This document shows positions 28,212 to 37,172 of a stretch of 64,000 bases of DNA, piece by piece (position 1 is the first letter of the stretch; the number at the start of each line of letters is the position of its first letter). A program made the position numbers and the translations under genes. The notes beneath the pieces are model-generated. The model was given only the letters and a program-made list of their open reading frames with translations. It searched no databases and was not told where the DNA came from. Origin of the DNA: Spirochaetia bacterium (lineage in GTDB: Bacteria; Spirochaetota; Spirochaetia; CADAEX01); the NCBI GenBank assembly GCA_017535435.1, contig JAFXTY010000050.1, positions 5,211 to 69,210 of the forward strand. The letters run 5' to 3'.

Positions 28212-28869
28212 TGTGATCAATGTAGTTATTATCGAAGATCACGCCCTTATGAGGGAGGGGATCAAGGCTATCATCAGCCGGGATGAAAAGATAAAAGTTA
28301 TAGGGGAAAGCGACAATGTGGATGAAGGATATGATGTGGTCATGAACTGCAATCCAGATATCCTGCTCCTGGATATAGCGCTCCACGGAAGCTCCGGCCT
28401 TGTGCTGGCAAAACGGCTTCTGGCCGCAAAGCCTGGCCTGCTCATCATAATCATTACTGCCTACTCCAAGATAGATTATATTCTCGAGGCAGTGGAGAGC
28501 GGCGTCAAAGGGTATATCCTCAAGGAATCCTCCCCCGAGAACCTGGCAGATGCCATAGAGAAGGTGTATGCCGGAGAGATTTACATAGACAGCTATATAT
28601 CAAACAAAGTGATAAAATCCCTTATCACCAAGAATGATGTGGAGATTGCCGAGGACAACAAGTCGGCCTACAGCAAGCTGTCCCTCAGGGAGCAGCAGAT
28701 ACTCAAGCTCCTTATCGACGGTGTCCCTATCAAGGATATAGCCGAGGAGCTTTTCATCAGCTCAAAGACAGTGGAGAACCACAAGGCCAGCATCATGGTC
28801 AAGCTCAAATGCAAGAACATGACCGAGCTTATCCGCTACGCCATAAGCATAGGACTTATTGATGTTTAG
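28204..28869 (+). CDS. response regulator, LuxR/NarL family
   Basis: 221 aa. Receiver domain (DILLLDIAL, phospho-acceptor Asp) and C-terminal LuxR HTH (LSLREQQILKLLIDGVPIKDIAEELFISSKTVENHK). Overlaps the kinase gene. Confidence 0.85.
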   Translation: MTDVINVVIIEDHALMREGIKAIISRDEKIKVIGESDNVDEGYDVVMNCNPDILLLDIALHGSSGLVLAKRLLAAKPGLLIIIITAYSKIDYILEAVESGVKGYILKESSPENLADAIEKVYAGEIYIDSYISNKVIKSLITKNDVEIAEDNKSAYSKLSLREQQILKLLIDGVPIKDIAEELFISSKTVENHKASIMVKLKCKNMTELIRYAISIGLIDV

Positions 28870-29845
28870 AAAACCTTTATTTTCCATCCTTCTATGCCTG
28901 CTCCTCTTCTCCTGCGGCGGCAAACAGGCCAATGTGGCCATATCCAAGCCTATGCTCACCATCCGGTCTTCTTACATGAATACCCCCTTCTTCCTGGCCG
29001 GTACAGTTCTGGAAGGAATCATAAACTACAACACTAAGCTGCTTTCTGTGAACGAATCGGAGAATACCAATGGCAACGAGAAGATAAAGTCGCTTATGGA
29101 AGGTACTGCAGATCTGGCAGTTCTTTCAGGGCCAGAGGGATATATGGCATTCAACGGGCATCCTAACTACTGGTCAGCTCCTCAGAACATCAGAGCTCTG
29201 TTCGGCATCTTCCCCTCGATATATACGGGATTCACCCATATTGAGGACCTGAATAGCATATCAGATCTGATAGGGCACAGAATTGCACTGAACACAGAAT
29301 CGTCGGTATCGGGAGACCTGCTGTTATATTTCCTCAAGCTTAACGGAATCAACACAGACAACACCAAGATATTAAGGGTGGAGCAGAGCGAAGGAGAGAG
29401 GCTTTTCTCCGAGGGCTTTGTGGATTTCATCTGGTACAATATGAGCTATAAGTATACCTTTGCAAAAAATGTTCCTCCTGATATTCCTATCCGCCAGTAT
29501 AATGTGACTCCATTCACCTTCAAGGAGAAGGATAAGCTGCGGGAATTCCTCTCTGTCTATCCGGTGTTCTATACCGAGAGCATGGTGGATGTGAGCGAGG
29601 ATAAAGAGGCAGAGCTGGATGAGAAGACCTTTGCCTCCTCCACCTTCATCGCCTGCTCCGAGAATATGGATGAGGAGACTGCCTATACAATCACCAAGGC
29701 CTGGTTCGAGAACATCGATTATATAAAAATATTCTTCCCAAGCTACAACGAAAGGACAGCCCAGGTCTATTTCCAGCGCCGTGTTCCGGTTCCTTTCCAC
29801 CCAGGCGCGATCCGATATTTCAAAGAGATCGGTTTTATGAACTGA
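28859..29845 (+). CDS. TAXI-family TRAP-type solute-binding lipoprotein, orphan
   Basis: 328 aa. Lipobox LLFSC. C-terminal ...VPVPFHPGAIRYFKEIGF resembles the conserved TAXI C-terminus. No TRAP membrane component nearby. Confidence 0.5.
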   Translation: MMFRKPLFSILLCLLLFSCGGKQANVAISKPMLTIRSSYMNTPFFLAGTVLEGIINYNTKLLSVNESENTNGNEKIKSLMEGTADLAVLSGPEGYMAFNGHPNYWSAPQNIRALFGIFPSIYTGFTHIEDLNSISDLIGHRIALNTESSVSGDLLLYFLKLNGINTDNTKILRVEQSEGERLFSEGFVDFIWYNMSYKYTFAKNVPPDIPIRQYNVTPFTFKEKDKLREFLSVYPVFYTESMVDVSEDKEAELDEKTFASSTFIACSENMDEETAYTITKAWFENIDYIKIFFPSYNERTAQVYFQRRVPVPFHPGAIRYFKEIGFMN

Positions 29846-29985
29846 TACTTTTTTTTCCCGATTAGAGCCGAAAAATGGGGCTTTTCCCAACTTGAAAACC
29901 ACTCTTCCCCTGGTGATAATGAAAATGTAATATTTCTTTTCATCCTCTTTTGGATATGTGATCCCCCATTACATATTCGTACATT

Positions 29986-30017
29986 TCAGCTGCACTTCCC
30001 AGTGCAGCTTTTTTTTA
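29986..30017 (+). terminator. rho-independent terminator (stem cagctgcact / agtgcagc, loop tccc, T8 tail)
   Basis: Read directly, about 140 nt downstream of the TAXI gene stop and just upstream of hisI. Coordinates +/-2. Confidence 0.5.
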
Positions 30018-30041
30018 TTATAATATATGCGAGGTCGGTGT

Positions 30042-30434
30042 ATGGAGAAAAAAGAGTATACTGAACAGCTTATGGTAAATTTCGGAGAGGATGGAAAGAC
30101 CCTGCTTCCTGTGGTAACTCAAGACTGCCGCACAAAAGAGGTGCTTATCCTTTCTTTCATCAACAAAGAGGCCTTTGAGGAGACCCTGCGCAGCGGCTAT
30201 GCCACATACTGGAGCCGCAGTCGGAACGAACTGTGGAAAAAAGGGCTTACCTCCGGCGACATGCTGAAGGTGGAGGAGATCCGCATCAACTGTGAGCAGA
30301 ACTCCTTCCTGTTCCTTGTGACACCAATGGGCAAAGGGGCCTGCCATGCAAAAAGGGAAAGCGGCGATGCTCATACCTCCTGCTATTACCGGCGTCTTGG
30401 AAAAAACGGCAGCCTTGAATTTGTGGAGAAGTGA
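30042..30434 (+). CDS. hisI: phosphoribosyl-AMP cyclohydrolase
   Basis: Start at ATG 30042 (GAGGT RBS). C-terminal GKGACHAKRESGDAHTSCYY matches the HisI ...ACHTG...SCF metal-binding signature. Confidence 0.8.
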   Translation: MEKKEYTEQLMVNFGEDGKTLLPVVTQDCRTKEVLILSFINKEAFEETLRSGYATYWSRSRNELWKKGLTSGDMLKVEEIRINCEQNSFLFLVTPMGKGACHAKRESGDAHTSCYYRRLGKNGSLEFVEK

Positions 30435-31495
30435 GGACAACTATGGAAACTAAAGATAAACTTATAATCGGAATGCCTGCCGGTTCTCTGGCCAACCCTA
30501 CCCGGGGCGGCAACCTGGTGGATCTGCTGGCAAAAGCTGGATTCCCTGCCAAAGGCTACGACGCAGGCGGTCCTACCGATTTCACATCTGTGAACTTCCT
30601 GTTCGGCTGGGACGGCAGGCCCCAGGAGTTCTGCACACAGCTGGCCCTGAACGAGCTGGATATAGCCATTGCCGGGGACGACTGGATGCAGGAGCGGATT
30701 CTTGAGATGAAGATGGCTTACGGCATAGAGCTGGCTCCTGAGAAAGTATTGTCGCTGCACAGGGGCAACATAAACCTGGTAGGAATTGTGGACGGCTCTT
30801 TCCATGAGTCAACCACCGAAGAGTTCCTTACAAACCTTATCAAGCGCAAGGATCAGATAACTGTAGTGACAGAGCTGCCATACATGGCTCTCAACTGGAT
30901 TCAGAATAAACTCAAGAAAATCGGGGCACCGGAGAAGTTCCAGAAGTGGTCTATCCAGAAGTACAAGACTCCTGCGAAAGAGGGCTGCGGAATTATTATC
31001 TACGAGACCTGGGGAAAGACCGAGGCAAAGCTTAAGAACGGCGGTGCCGACATCGGTTTGGAAATAACCCAGAGCGGCAGCGCACTCCGCAACTACGGCC
31101 TTAAGATCCTGGAGTGGGTGTTCTCCTCCGAGACAGGAATCTGGATTTCTTCCGAACTGCAGAAGTCTGCACCTAAGATGGAGCTCCTGAAGATGTTCCT
31201 CATAAACCTGTACGGAATTATCAACGCAGAGAACAAGGTTATGCTCTACTTCAATGTTCCATCCGGCAATGATGATGAAATCAAGGCTTACCTCAAGGCC
31301 AACAACCTGTTTGCCGAGGAGCCTACCATCATACAGGGGCAGGAGTTCTCCCAGTACTGCATCCAGCTTGAGTCTGCCAGCAAGGAGAAGCCTATAGCCA
31401 TGGTGCGCTACCAGCTCCTTAAGCTTGGGGCAAAGAGCATCGAGACTGTCCCTATTCTCTCCTCTATACCGGATCTTCAGGTTTTAGGCTTATGA
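30431..31495 (+). CDS. hisG: ATP phosphoribosyltransferase, long form with C-terminal regulatory domain
   Basis: 354 aa. LIIGMPAGSL, LDIAIAGDDW and GGADIGLEITQSGSALRNYGL follow the HisG PRT-fold signature regions (G.AD.I.D...TG.TL..N.L). Longer than a typical HisG, so the boundaries carry some uncertainty. Confidence 0.7.
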   Translation: MRTTMETKDKLIIGMPAGSLANPTRGGNLVDLLAKAGFPAKGYDAGGPTDFTSVNFLFGWDGRPQEFCTQLALNELDIAIAGDDWMQERILEMKMAYGIELAPEKVLSLHRGNINLVGIVDGSFHESTTEEFLTNLIKRKDQITVVTELPYMALNWIQNKLKKIGAPEKFQKWSIQKYKTPAKEGCGIIIYETWGKTEAKLKNGGADIGLEITQSGSALRNYGLKILEWVFSSETGIWISSELQKSAPKMELLKMFLINLYGIINAENKVMLYFNVPSGNDDEIKAYLKANNLFAEEPTIIQGQEFSQYCIQLESASKEKPIAMVRYQLLKLGAKSIETVPILSSIPDLQVLGL

Positions 31496-32211
31496 AATAT
31501 TTAAGAGTTCTGGCTCTGGCTCTGGTGCTGCTGGTCTCTTTCAGCTGCACTGTAAAGCAGGATCTTACCATCAAGAGCGGAAAGGATGGGGAGATCTTCA
31601 TAGACCTTGAGCTGAACCCTGTCTTTGTACGCTACATAAACGATCTTTCCGAGACCACAGGCAAGAGTGCAAAGAGCGGTATCTTCAACACCGAGGAGAT
31701 AACCAGGGAGCTCAAGGAATATCCTTCTGCCCGCCCTGTATCTGTAGTCTCCCCGGAGCCCTCAAAGCTTATCCTTATACTTAAGACCGAGAACTACACC
31801 AAGCTGCTGCCGGACAAGTATGTCCCTTTCATCCGTATCTCCGATTCCGGCAAGGTGCGGAAAGTGACATTCCACATAGGAAGGGACAACTACAAAGCTC
31901 TGGACGAGATCTTTGAGATAAGCGACAACCCCATTCTCTCAGGCCTGGCGCCGCAGATAGACAAGCCATATTCAAAATCGGAATATGTGGATCTGCTCCA
32001 GTATGTCTTTGAGGATTATCTTGAGAAAGGGGAGTCGGCCCAGAAGATCCTGGACAAATCCTATGTCCAGCTGAACATCAAGACATCGGGAAAAGTGCTT
32101 TCCTCCGACAAGGGCTCCTTCAAGGGAAACAGCCTTTGGATAAAGCTTCCGCTGGTGGATTTCCTTACATTAGAGAAGACAGTGGAGTTCAGTTTCACTT
32201 ATTCTATCTGA
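31492..32211 (+). CDS. putative lipoprotein
   Basis: 239 aa. Signal peptide plus lipobox VSFSC. No family recognised. Confidence 0.5.
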   Translation: MKYLRVLALALVLLVSFSCTVKQDLTIKSGKDGEIFIDLELNPVFVRYINDLSETTGKSAKSGIFNTEEITRELKEYPSARPVSVVSPEPSKLILILKTENYTKLLPDKYVPFIRISDSGKVRKVTFHIGRDNYKALDEIFEISDNPILSGLAPQIDKPYSKSEYVDLLQYVFEDYLEKGESAQKILDKSYVQLNIKTSGKVLSSDKGSFKGNSLWIKLPLVDFLTLEKTVEFSFTYSI

Positions 32212-32866
32212 ATTTCAGAATAGGCCAGCCATGCTTCTTGGCGCAGCGGGTCAGCCTGAAATCAGGGTTCACAGCCACCGGGTTTCCAACTTCCATGAAC
32301 ATAGGATAATCGTGGATGCTGTCTGAATAGAAGGAAGAAGCTGCAAGATCGATATTGTTCTCTTTTATATACTCGAGGACTTTTCTTCTTTTCTCTTCCC
32401 GGAATGCAGGCTTGCCCTCGAACCGTCCCAGACATTTCCCATCCTTGAATGCGAACTTTGTCGCAATGATGGCATCAACTCCAAGGTAGTCAGCCAGAGG
32501 CTTTATGATAGTCTCCATGGAAGAGGTGGCCAGGATGATCTTTTTGCTGTTGCTCTTCAGGTGGTCTATGTAGCGCTTTGCATCTCCGTAAACCTTCTCC
32601 TTCTTCATCATATTGTTGAAATTCTCCACGGCCAGTTCATCCAAGAAGGACTTCTCTATCCCCACCATCTCGTCAAAGTGCCGGTCAAAGTGCTTGTCTG
32701 CCATGTGGCCGAACTTGTAGTTCATGCATATATAGGGAATGTGCCGGAGTATGGTTATGGAGAAAACTTTACGCTTTATAAGGAGCAGCAGATAGCTGAG
32801 AGATGTGATATTTTTTGTAATTGTGTGATCCACGTCGAAAATTTCGGCGCCCAGTTTCTCTTCCAT
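32204..32866 (-). CDS. HAD-superfamily subfamily IB hydrolase
   Basis: Start moved to ATG 32866 (MEEKLGAEIFDVDHTITKN is HAD motif I, D.D.T). The ORF-track extension to 33109 overlaps galU. GNPVAVNPD-type motif III/IV region. Confidence 0.7.
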   Translation of the reverse strand: MEEKLGAEIFDVDHTITKNITSLSYLLLLIKRKVFSITILRHIPYICMNYKFGHMADKHFDRHFDEMVGIEKSFLDELAVENFNNMMKKEKVYGDAKRYIDHLKSNSKKIILATSSMETIIKPLADYLGVDAIIATKFAFKDGKCLGRFEGKPAFREEKRRKVLEYIKENNIDLAASSFYSDSIHDYPMFMEVGNPVAVNPDFRLTRCAKKHGWPILKFR

Positions 32867-32939
32867 TGCTTTTAATATAATGAGTTGTAATATTTTCTGC
32901 AAGTCTTGATTATTTATTGATTTAATATATATTGTAAGT

Positions 32940-33800
32940 ATGAAAGGTGTAATTATCGCCGCCGGATACGGCACCCGTTTTCTGCCGGTGACCAAGACGG
33001 TTCCCAAGGAGATGCTTCCTATCATAGACCGTCCTGCCATAGATTTTATTGTCTCTGAATTCATACAGTCTGGAATTAAAGAAATTCTTATTCTCACATC
33101 ACGCCGCAAGAAAGCCCTGGACGATTACTTTGACCGGGAGACAGAGCTTGAGGAAGTATTTATGCGGGAAGGAGCTGCCGCAAAGCTTGCGAAGATAGCA
33201 CCCCCCGAGGCTGATATCTTCTTCCGCCGCCAGAACGAGATGAAAGGGACAGGCCATGCCCTTATGCAGGTTAAGTCTTTTGTAGGGGATGAGCCTTTTG
33301 TTGTGGCTTATCCTGACGATCTTCATACCGGCGATGTGCCCCTGGCTGCCCAGCTTATAAAAAAGTATGAGGAGACAGGCTGCAGCGTAATGTCTGCACT
33401 CCATAACCCGCCCCATCTTGAGCGGTATGGAATATTGAAGCTTGATTCTGACAAAGCCCATGTGGTTGATATAGTTGAGAAGCCGGCTCCAGGCACTGAG
33501 CCCAGCCAGGAGGCATCCATAGGGCGCTATCTATTCACTCCCGACATCTTCCCGTTCCTTGCGGAGGGCTGGGAGAAACATTGCCAGGCAGGTAATACAG
33601 GGGAATATTTCCATGTCTATGCTCTTAAGAAGCTGATGGATCAGAAAAAAGTTGTATGCGCAGTAATCAAGGGGGAGCGGCTTGATACCGGAACTCCTGC
33701 CGGATACCTGAGCGCAATAATCAGATATGCCTATGAGAACCCGGAGTATCGGAAAGTGATTCTGGAAGAAGTGGAGCGCCTTGAGGGGAAGAAGAAATGA
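32940..33800 (+). CDS. galU: UTP--glucose-1-phosphate uridylyltransferase
   Basis: 286 aa. GVIIAAGYGTRFLPVTKTVPKEMLPIIDRPAIDFIV is the GalU N-terminal nucleotide-binding signature. Confidence 0.85.
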   Translation: MKGVIIAAGYGTRFLPVTKTVPKEMLPIIDRPAIDFIVSEFIQSGIKEILILTSRRKKALDDYFDRETELEEVFMREGAAAKLAKIAPPEADIFFRRQNEMKGTGHALMQVKSFVGDEPFVVAYPDDLHTGDVPLAAQLIKKYEETGCSVMSALHNPPHLERYGILKLDSDKAHVVDIVEKPAPGTEPSQEASIGRYLFTPDIFPFLAEGWEKHCQAGNTGEYFHVYALKKLMDQKKVVCAVIKGERLDTGTPAGYLSAIIRYAYENPEYRKVILEEVERLEGKKK

Positions 33801-34294
33801 AAAAAGCAGTTATAGCCTTGATCCTTTTTGCTTTTGTTGCCTCATTCCTTTTCGGCAGCGGGGCAAGGGAGCTGGGAAGAAGCGACACCAAGACTCTGAC
33901 CGACAATATAATAAAGTGGAAGAACCATGATATCAAATCCTACTCAATCACAGTGGTGTATGCTGCTGCAAACAGACCCGACACACTGTTGGAGCTGAAG
34001 GTGGAGAACAAGAAGGTTGTCAGATGTCTGATGAACGAGATTGAAGTCTCTGATTTTTCCGGGGCTCAGCTGTACACCATTGATGCTATGCACGAATCCA
34101 CCAAGAAGTTGGTTCGCAAAAACAAGAAGAATGCCCCGATGCTCTATATTGTCAAATATGATGAGACATATGGCTATATAACCAGCCTGGTACGGATCTA
34201 TAACCCCAAGGCAGAGGCTGCCATGGCTCCCAACGATTTCAGCTATAGAATAAAATGTTATGACTTTGTTCCAGAGGAGCCGGTAAAGAAATGA
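33797..34294 (+). CDS. secreted hypothetical protein
   Basis: 165 aa with signal peptide. Directly upstream of the metalloprotease gene, ATGA overlap. Confidence 0.5.
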   Translation: MKKAVIALILFAFVASFLFGSGARELGRSDTKTLTDNIIKWKNHDIKSYSITVVYAAANRPDTLLELKVENKKVVRCLMNEIEVSDFSGAQLYTIDAMHESTKKLVRKNKKNAPMLYIVKYDETYGYITSLVRIYNPKAEAAMAPNDFSYRIKCYDFVPEEPVKK

Positions 34295-36000
34295 GGAAGT
34301 TCATCCCTCTTCTTCTGCTATTGTTGATATCCCCATTGCTGTGGGCTGCCTCTCCCAAGCCTGGTTCCGGGCATACTCATGACGGAAGTATAAGACCAGA
34401 TATGGAGGAGATGGGGCTCTATAGTTCTTCTGATGGAGTAATGCGCACCTCTGCCATGACAAAAGCTGCTGTCAGCACCACAGGGAATAAAAAGATTCTG
34501 GTCATCCTGGCCGATTTCGGAGATTTTAAATTTAATAAAGATTATGTAGTTGATGACAATGGCGCCAATGCCAAATATTCACAGGATCATAATAAAGACT
34601 ATTATGATGACTTGCTCCAGGGCAGCTATGGGCTTACTATGAAAAAATTTTATGATCAGCAGTCCCGGGGAAACCTGAACCTCTCCTTCCAGGTGCTTGG
34701 ACCATATACGGCCGATAATTATTTTAGTTATTATGGGGAAAATGATGCTGCAGAAAATGATAAAAGACCTGGAACTTTGGCTCAGGAGATGATGACGAAG
34801 GCAATAGGCAGTGCAGCTGCCGATCTGGACAACTGTGCTGTGATCATAATCCATTCCGGTCCAGGGGAAGAAGAAAATAAATATAAATTCAGTAATTTTA
34901 TCTGGTCCCATAAAAGTTCTCTGACCCAGCAGAATAATAAAAAATATTATCCATATGAGGATAATCTTTCCCCTGTGGAAATAGTTCCGGGCAAGTTTTT
35001 TGATAATTATATCATTGTGCCGGAATATACAATCTGGAGTGCAATAGGTGCACCGCCGCCCGAGGCAACTGTAGGGGTAATATGTCATGAGTTCGGCCAT
35101 GCCCTTGGGCTTAAAGATGCCTACGATACCACTGGTGCCACCGCAGGCGTTGGACAATGGAGCCTTATGGGGGGCGGCGAATGGGGAACCATGGGAACTT
35201 GTGGAGTAGCTCCAGGGGAAGATCCTACTCCTTTCATGGCTTGGGAATTGGCTAAGCTGGGCTGGATTACAGAGAAGGATATAACCCCTGCTGTCGGAGA
35301 AAGTAAATATTATGAATTTGACAATATGAATGAGTCATCAGAGGTCTACCGTGTCAATTTGAGCAATGATCAGCATCTGACCTTTGAAGGGATGGCAAAG
35401 AATCTGTCAGGTTCCGGAATGGCAGTATACGAGACAGGGCTGCTTATCACCCAGGTCCATGAAGGAATAATTGAAAATTATAGTTCAGCGAACCGCATCA
35501 ACAGCACCGGTTACAGACCCCACGGCTCAATGGTGGTGGAGGCCAAGGCATCGAACTACAAGGCCAATGGTCTGGGAGACCTGTGGCGGGGCAGCAGAAA
35601 CACCTACCGTGTTACAACTACAGCCCTGTTCAGAAGCGATACATTGACCTCTGTCGGCCCTGTCAAGAATTCCGAGGCAGAGCTGCCTGTCCTGCCTCTT
35701 TTCATCAGCACAATAATCGGCTCCGGTGTGGCTATATCAATTCTTCTGTTATGGTACCATGGCCGGAAAAAACTGTGCTTTGCTGTAGCATGTGCCGCAT
35801 TTGCAGCCTGTTTCAGCATGTCCTGTGCTATCAGCGGTGGTGGCGGCGGTGGTGGCGGTGTATATGACGGCGGTCCTAACACCAACTACTATACCAACAT
35901 GTCAAATGTTCATTCCAAGACAGGAAATTCAGGCATAACAATCTACAATATCAAATGCAACGAAGATGGAAGCGGCAGTTTCTGTGTCAAGAAAGAGTAG
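34291..36000 (+). CDS. M6-like (immune inhibitor A-type) zinc metalloprotease with C-terminal TM anchor and Gly8/Cys-rich tail
   Basis: 569 aa. Signal peptide. HEFGHALGLKDAYD is the HExxHxxGxxD zincin motif. The C-terminus has one TM helix, then a Cys-rich segment and GGGGGGGG. Confidence 0.7.
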   Translation: MRKFIPLLLLLLISPLLWAASPKPGSGHTHDGSIRPDMEEMGLYSSSDGVMRTSAMTKAAVSTTGNKKILVILADFGDFKFNKDYVVDDNGANAKYSQDHNKDYYDDLLQGSYGLTMKKFYDQQSRGNLNLSFQVLGPYTADNYFSYYGENDAAENDKRPGTLAQEMMTKAIGSAAADLDNCAVIIIHSGPGEEENKYKFSNFIWSHKSSLTQQNNKKYYPYEDNLSPVEIVPGKFFDNYIIVPEYTIWSAIGAPPPEATVGVICHEFGHALGLKDAYDTTGATAGVGQWSLMGGGEWGTMGTCGVAPGEDPTPFMAWELAKLGWITEKDITPAVGESKYYEFDNMNESSEVYRVNLSNDQHLTFEGMAKNLSGSGMAVYETGLLITQVHEGIIENYSSANRINSTGYRPHGSMVVEAKASNYKANGLGDLWRGSRNTYRVTTTALFRSDTLTSVGPVKNSEAELPVLPLFISTIIGSGVAISILLLWYHGRKKLCFAVACAAFAACFSMSCAISGGGGGGGGVYDGGPNTNYYTNMSNVHSKTGNSGITIYNIKCNEDGSGSFCVKKE

Positions 36001-37153
36001 AAATAAATCTTCTTCCGAAGAGTATTGTGAAAAGAGCCAGAAGGGGAATGAAGGCCCAGCAGGTGGACTGAAGCCCCACCATCAGAACAAGCAGGAACAC
36101 TACGCACATGACAGCCATGAAGGCAGATATCCATTTGAACCGGAATAAGATAGATAACGGACAGCACCACAATAGATTCAGGTTCCACTTGGTGGCGGTG
36201 TGGTCTGAGATAAACCACAGATAGAAGATCAGAATCCCGGCCAGGAAGTTCAGCGTAACCAGGGTGTATTCATAGCAGCTTAAAATTCTTTTTGCCCAGC
36301 CTTTTTTCCTGATGCAGCCCAGGTAGATAAGTATCAGTTCAACCACCAGCAGAAGAATGGCAAGGAGCAGAGGCAGGCTGATTTTTATCGGGTCATTTTT
36401 CAGGTCATTTAAAGGGTCGGTTATCGGGTCAGCAGTTGACCTGAATAAGACTTCGTCGCTGGCCACCAGCGGCCTCCCCTCGTTTAAGGTGCTGCCTCCA
36501 ATGATATCGTGCACAAGGGCTGGGAGGAAGAAGCTGTCGGAAGGAAGCACCTGCTGATCAAGAGGCATTCCCAGCACCAGCTGGATTCCCACATCAAACC
36601 AAGGGGATTTCTTCAGATGGTACCTGATATAATCCCTGTAGCTTTTTTCCCCTATTTTTGCAATGACCGCCTGATCATATATGATGTCGTTTCCAATTGT
36701 TTTATCCAGTACAGATTGGATACGGGTGGAACAGTTGTCCTTGATGAAGTCATATTTATAGTAGCGGTTTTCTGGCATCGCGTTTTCTGTCAGGAAGGCA
36801 TATATCCGGGCAATTTCCTCAGGAGTCAGGTTCAGTTTCTGTTCCACTACGCTGCGGTTCTCTAAAAGAGTATAGTTCTTGAACGTCCGCCTGAACTTCA
36901 CCACCCCAAGGAAATAATCCAGCTGACCATGGACAAACTTAGGGACGAATTCAGGATCCTGAAAGTCGAAGGTGCCGAAGTTATAGAGAATATCGATGTC
37001 GTTATCTTCATCCAAATAGCGGAATGCGGTGTGGCCGAAGGCTGAGTAGATGGCATCTCCCGGGTACACGGTGATAAGGCTGAGTTCCGGCTGTGCAGAG
37101 AGAGTGAGGGCAGAAAAGAATAGAAGAAGGAAAAAAAGTCTAAAGCCTTTCAT
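35987..37153 (-). CDS. DUF4105 (Lnb N-terminal-like) membrane protein
   Basis: 388 aa. Signal peptide. The segment ITVYPGDAIYSAFGHTAFRY...GTFDF resembles the DUF4105/Lnb periplasmic domain. C-terminal 4-5 TM helices. Convergent 14-nt overlap with the protease gene. Confidence 0.6.
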   Translation of the reverse strand: MKGFRLFFLLLFFSALTLSAQPELSLITVYPGDAIYSAFGHTAFRYLDEDNDIDILYNFGTFDFQDPEFVPKFVHGQLDYFLGVVKFRRTFKNYTLLENRSVVEQKLNLTPEEIARIYAFLTENAMPENRYYKYDFIKDNCSTRIQSVLDKTIGNDIIYDQAVIAKIGEKSYRDYIRYHLKKSPWFDVGIQLVLGMPLDQQVLPSDSFFLPALVHDIIGGSTLNEGRPLVASDEVLFRSTADPITDPLNDLKNDPIKISLPLLLAILLLVVELILIYLGCIRKKGWAKRILSCYEYTLVTLNFLAGILIFYLWFISDHTATKWNLNLLWCCPLSILFRFKWISAFMAVMCVVFLLVLMVGLQSTCWAFIPLLALFTILFGRRFISTLS

Positions 37154-37172
37154 CTTTTTCAGTATACAACCA

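Noticed and set aside
30431-31495. Considered whether the 354-aa HisG-like ORF is a HisG-HisZ fusion or mis-called
   Set aside because: Both the catalytic PRT signatures and a C-terminal regulatory-domain-like segment are present in one frame. No second domain type is recognisable. It is kept as long-form hisG, but flagged as longer than usual.
32867-33109. 81-codon N-terminal extension of the HAD hydrolase ORF
   Set aside because: It overlaps the well-supported galU start. HAD motif I (FDVDHT) sits right after the internal Met at 32866.
35836-35862. ggtggtggcggcggtggtggcggtg Gly-codon run as a possible phase-variable simple sequence repeat
   Set aside because: It is not a homopolymer or a perfect short tandem repeat. 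It encodes an in-frame Gly8 stretch. Slipped-strand switching is unlikely.
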